Shown here one piece after another: positions 61,903 to 64,000 of a stretch of DNA of 64,000 bases. Positions within the stretch are counted from its first letter, which is position 1; every line of letters starts with the position of its first letter. A program made the translations under genes and the position numbers. Source of the DNA: Cirrosporium novae-zelandiae (taxonomy: Eukaryota); the NCBI GenBank assembly GCA_026023565.1, contig JAPETS010000007.1, positions 248,001 to 312,000 on the forward strand, in the 5' to 3' direction. The notes beneath the pieces were generated by a model. That model was not told the DNA's origin, ran no database searches, and saw nothing but the letters and a program-made list of their open reading frames with translations.

Positions 61903-63138
61903 ATGTCTCGATACCCCCCCACGCCCGCCCCCCTCTGGCGCCTCCTCTACATCACCATCGCCGTCACAGCCACCCAAATCCCCCAAGTCCCTCCAACCAT
62001 AATAATCTCCAACAGCGCACCCTGCAAGCTCAAAACCACCAACGGTGTTGACCTCAGCGAAGGATTGGCCCCATCCAAGTCCCTATCCTTATCCTTTGCC
62101 CCAAGCACAAGCACACTGCGAGCTTACATGATTTTTATCGATTTCGACGATGCGTCGGCGGCTAGCGGGGGGGATACCGCCACCACCAGGGAACTATACG
62201 ATTACCTCATTCCCGATGCAGCGGACTGGTACGCCAGCTCCTCATTTGGAAAGCTAACGCTTGAGGTTTCGGCTGATTTTTCCCGGGTCTATCGCATGCC
62301 CCGCAGGTCGGACAGCTACAGATTTGTGCGGAGGATCAGCAGGGCTGATCATTGCAGGTATATCATGGATGCTCTGGCGGCTGTGGGAAGTAGGATTTCA
62401 TTCGCGGGGACGAATGTGCTCTACATCGTGCCCACGAGGAACGCAGTTAATATTCCGTTTTCTCCGATTTATATGGATGCGGTCACGGCTGGTGATGGCA
62501 CCGAGGTTGGGCACAGTGTGACGTTTGGCATGGACTTGTACGACAAGTGGGGATATAAGGTGCCCAACCACAAAACCGGGCACGCGATGGGGTTGCCTGA
62601 TCTCTATTCATATTCTGGTGGTAGTATTACCCGTTGGGTTGGCGGGTATGATTTGATGGGTTTGATCAGTGGCGGCTCTCCGGACTTTCTTGCCTGGCAT
62701 AAATGGAAGCTTGGGTGGTTCTCTGATGACCAGTTCGATTGTGTCGACAAGTACAGTTCCACCACCACTACCACCATCCACACGATCGCACCCGTGGAGC
62801 TTGATGCTGGTATCAAGGGCATGGTTGTCAGGGTCAACGAGACTACAGCTGTTGTTGCCGAGGTCCGTTCCAAAAATGGCCTTAACCGTAATGCATTTGA
62901 GACTGGTGTCCTCATATATACTCTTGATATCTCGATCGGTTCTGGCTACGGATGTATCGTTGTCCAGGGCGCCAACCCCGGCTCCGACGACGGCTGCAAC
63001 TTCGGTGAGCCCAATCATGCCCCCTTCACCCACGATGGCAATAATACCTTCACTTCTGAGGAGATGGGTGTCACCGTTACCGTCATTGGCCAGGATGGCG
63101 ACAAGCACACTATTGAGGTTGAGGTTGAGGTTGATTAG
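61903..63138 (+). CDS. M6-family (immune inhibitor A-like) secreted metalloprotease homolog with a degenerate catalytic motif (HKTGH)
   Basis: MIFIDFDDA, WYASSSFGKL, NHKTGHAMGLPDLY, VGGYDLMG, PDFLAWHKWKLGW, GVLIYT. Intronless and GC-rich. Confidence 0.82.
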   Translation: MSRYPPTPAPLWRLLYITIAVTATQIPQVPPTIIISNSAPCKLKTTNGVDLSEGLAPSKSLSLSFAPSTSTLRAYMIFIDFDDASAASGGDTATTRELYDYLIPDAADWYASSSFGKLTLEVSADFSRVYRMPRRSDSYRFVRRISRADHCRYIMDALAAVGSRISFAGTNVLYIVPTRNAVNIPFSPIYMDAVTAGDGTEVGHSVTFGMDLYDKWGYKVPNHKTGHAMGLPDLYSYSGGSITRWVGGYDLMGLISGGSPDFLAWHKWKLGWFSDDQFDCVDKYSSTTTTTIHTIAPVELDAGIKGMVVRVNETTAVVAEVRSKNGLNRNAFETGVLIYTLDISIGSGYGCIVVQGANPGSDDGCNFGEPNHAPFTHDGNNTFTSEEMGVTVTVIGQDGDKHTIEVEVEVD

Positions 63139-64000
63139 CTAAATAGCATCAAAGTTGGGGGGATTAGCCTTGATTTGGTAGTGGTCTGAGGAAATTCTGG
63201 TAGGCGGAAAGAGGGGGAGAGCTGGCTGTAGATATGAAACATACAACAGGAGCGGTCGTCATACTCAACCCTAGCAATGAGAACTATTTCAAGTATATCT
63301 ACATATAAGTATGGGGCAAGGATCTAAACAAATCGAGCAAAAAAAATTTCATGTAAAACGGATGGAATAGAAAAAGTATTACAAGTATAAGAAGAGGGAA
63401 TTATCGATCGTAAATAATAGCTTTAAAATAGCTGCCCACTGGCTTGACAGAGGAACCTTTTGTTTTAGTTGAATTTTATTTAAGGTAAATACCTAGGTAG
63501 ACATTTGTAGTAGTTACAATGTACGATTGCGTAGAAGGTAGGAGGTAGGAGGAATTCTTGGTATTGTTATAATCACGTGCTGCCAAGGAAGATTAGACGC
63601 CGGTCGGGGGAACTGGGCGTGCTTGGCATCCGTTGAGAGGATTCAGACATAGTCAACAGAACAAAAGTATCTGTACATTGCAAATATACAAAATATGTAT
63701 ATAATTCTACTCCATATTCTTGGTTTGAAGAGAAAGAGAGAAAAAATATATGTAGAAACCAATAGAGGGGGAAAAAAACACCTATAGACCTCTCTTCTTC
63801 CCTCCTTAATCCTCTTAAAATAAAAAGGAGAAAAATAATTATATGAAAAAAAAAAAACTGAAGCCATTACTACTAAAATGACCCTTTCCTCACTCTCCCT
63901 CGACATCTGTGGCGCACCTTGGCCCCCCATCGCTCTCACATACTAGTACGAAGGCTTCCTTTCTGCAGAAGATGGGGATATCAAAAGAGGGGTTGTGTGT

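Overview
A gene-dense, intron-rich stretch of a filamentous ascomycete (Pezizomycotina) nuclear genome, with GT..AG introns of about 50 nt and CTRAC branch points. It holds about 23 protein-coding loci. Most are housekeeping genes: Bud2 RasGAP, Gmh1/UNC-50, a WKF-domain protein, proteasome alpha1, PDAP1-like, mitochondrial IF2, RMND1/Mrx10, Vps41, Rrp14/SURF6, complex I TYKY and mitochondrial ACP, Vps74, Tip20, a DNA ligase I paralog and Pom152. Accessory secreted or surface genes are a GH78 rhamnosidase, two S/T-rich GPI-type proteins, a CE16/SGNH esterase and an M6 metalloprotease. Highlights: (1) a DIM-2-type cytosine methyltransferase with all catalytic motifs intact but split by a frameshift in an A8 run and an in-frame TGA in motif I, so a recent pseudogene or a recoding candidate; (2) an unannotated ~220-bp TA-flanked foldback (MITE-like) palindrome at 47096-47315; (3) an M6 protease whose HExxH motif reads HKTGH; (4) a RanBP2-type zinc finger in the N-terminal extension of mitochondrial IF2; (5) a 4-nt micro-exon and a GAG 3' splice site. 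I found no tRNA, rRNA or CRISPR. All family assignments come from motif recognition by eye; no database searches were run.
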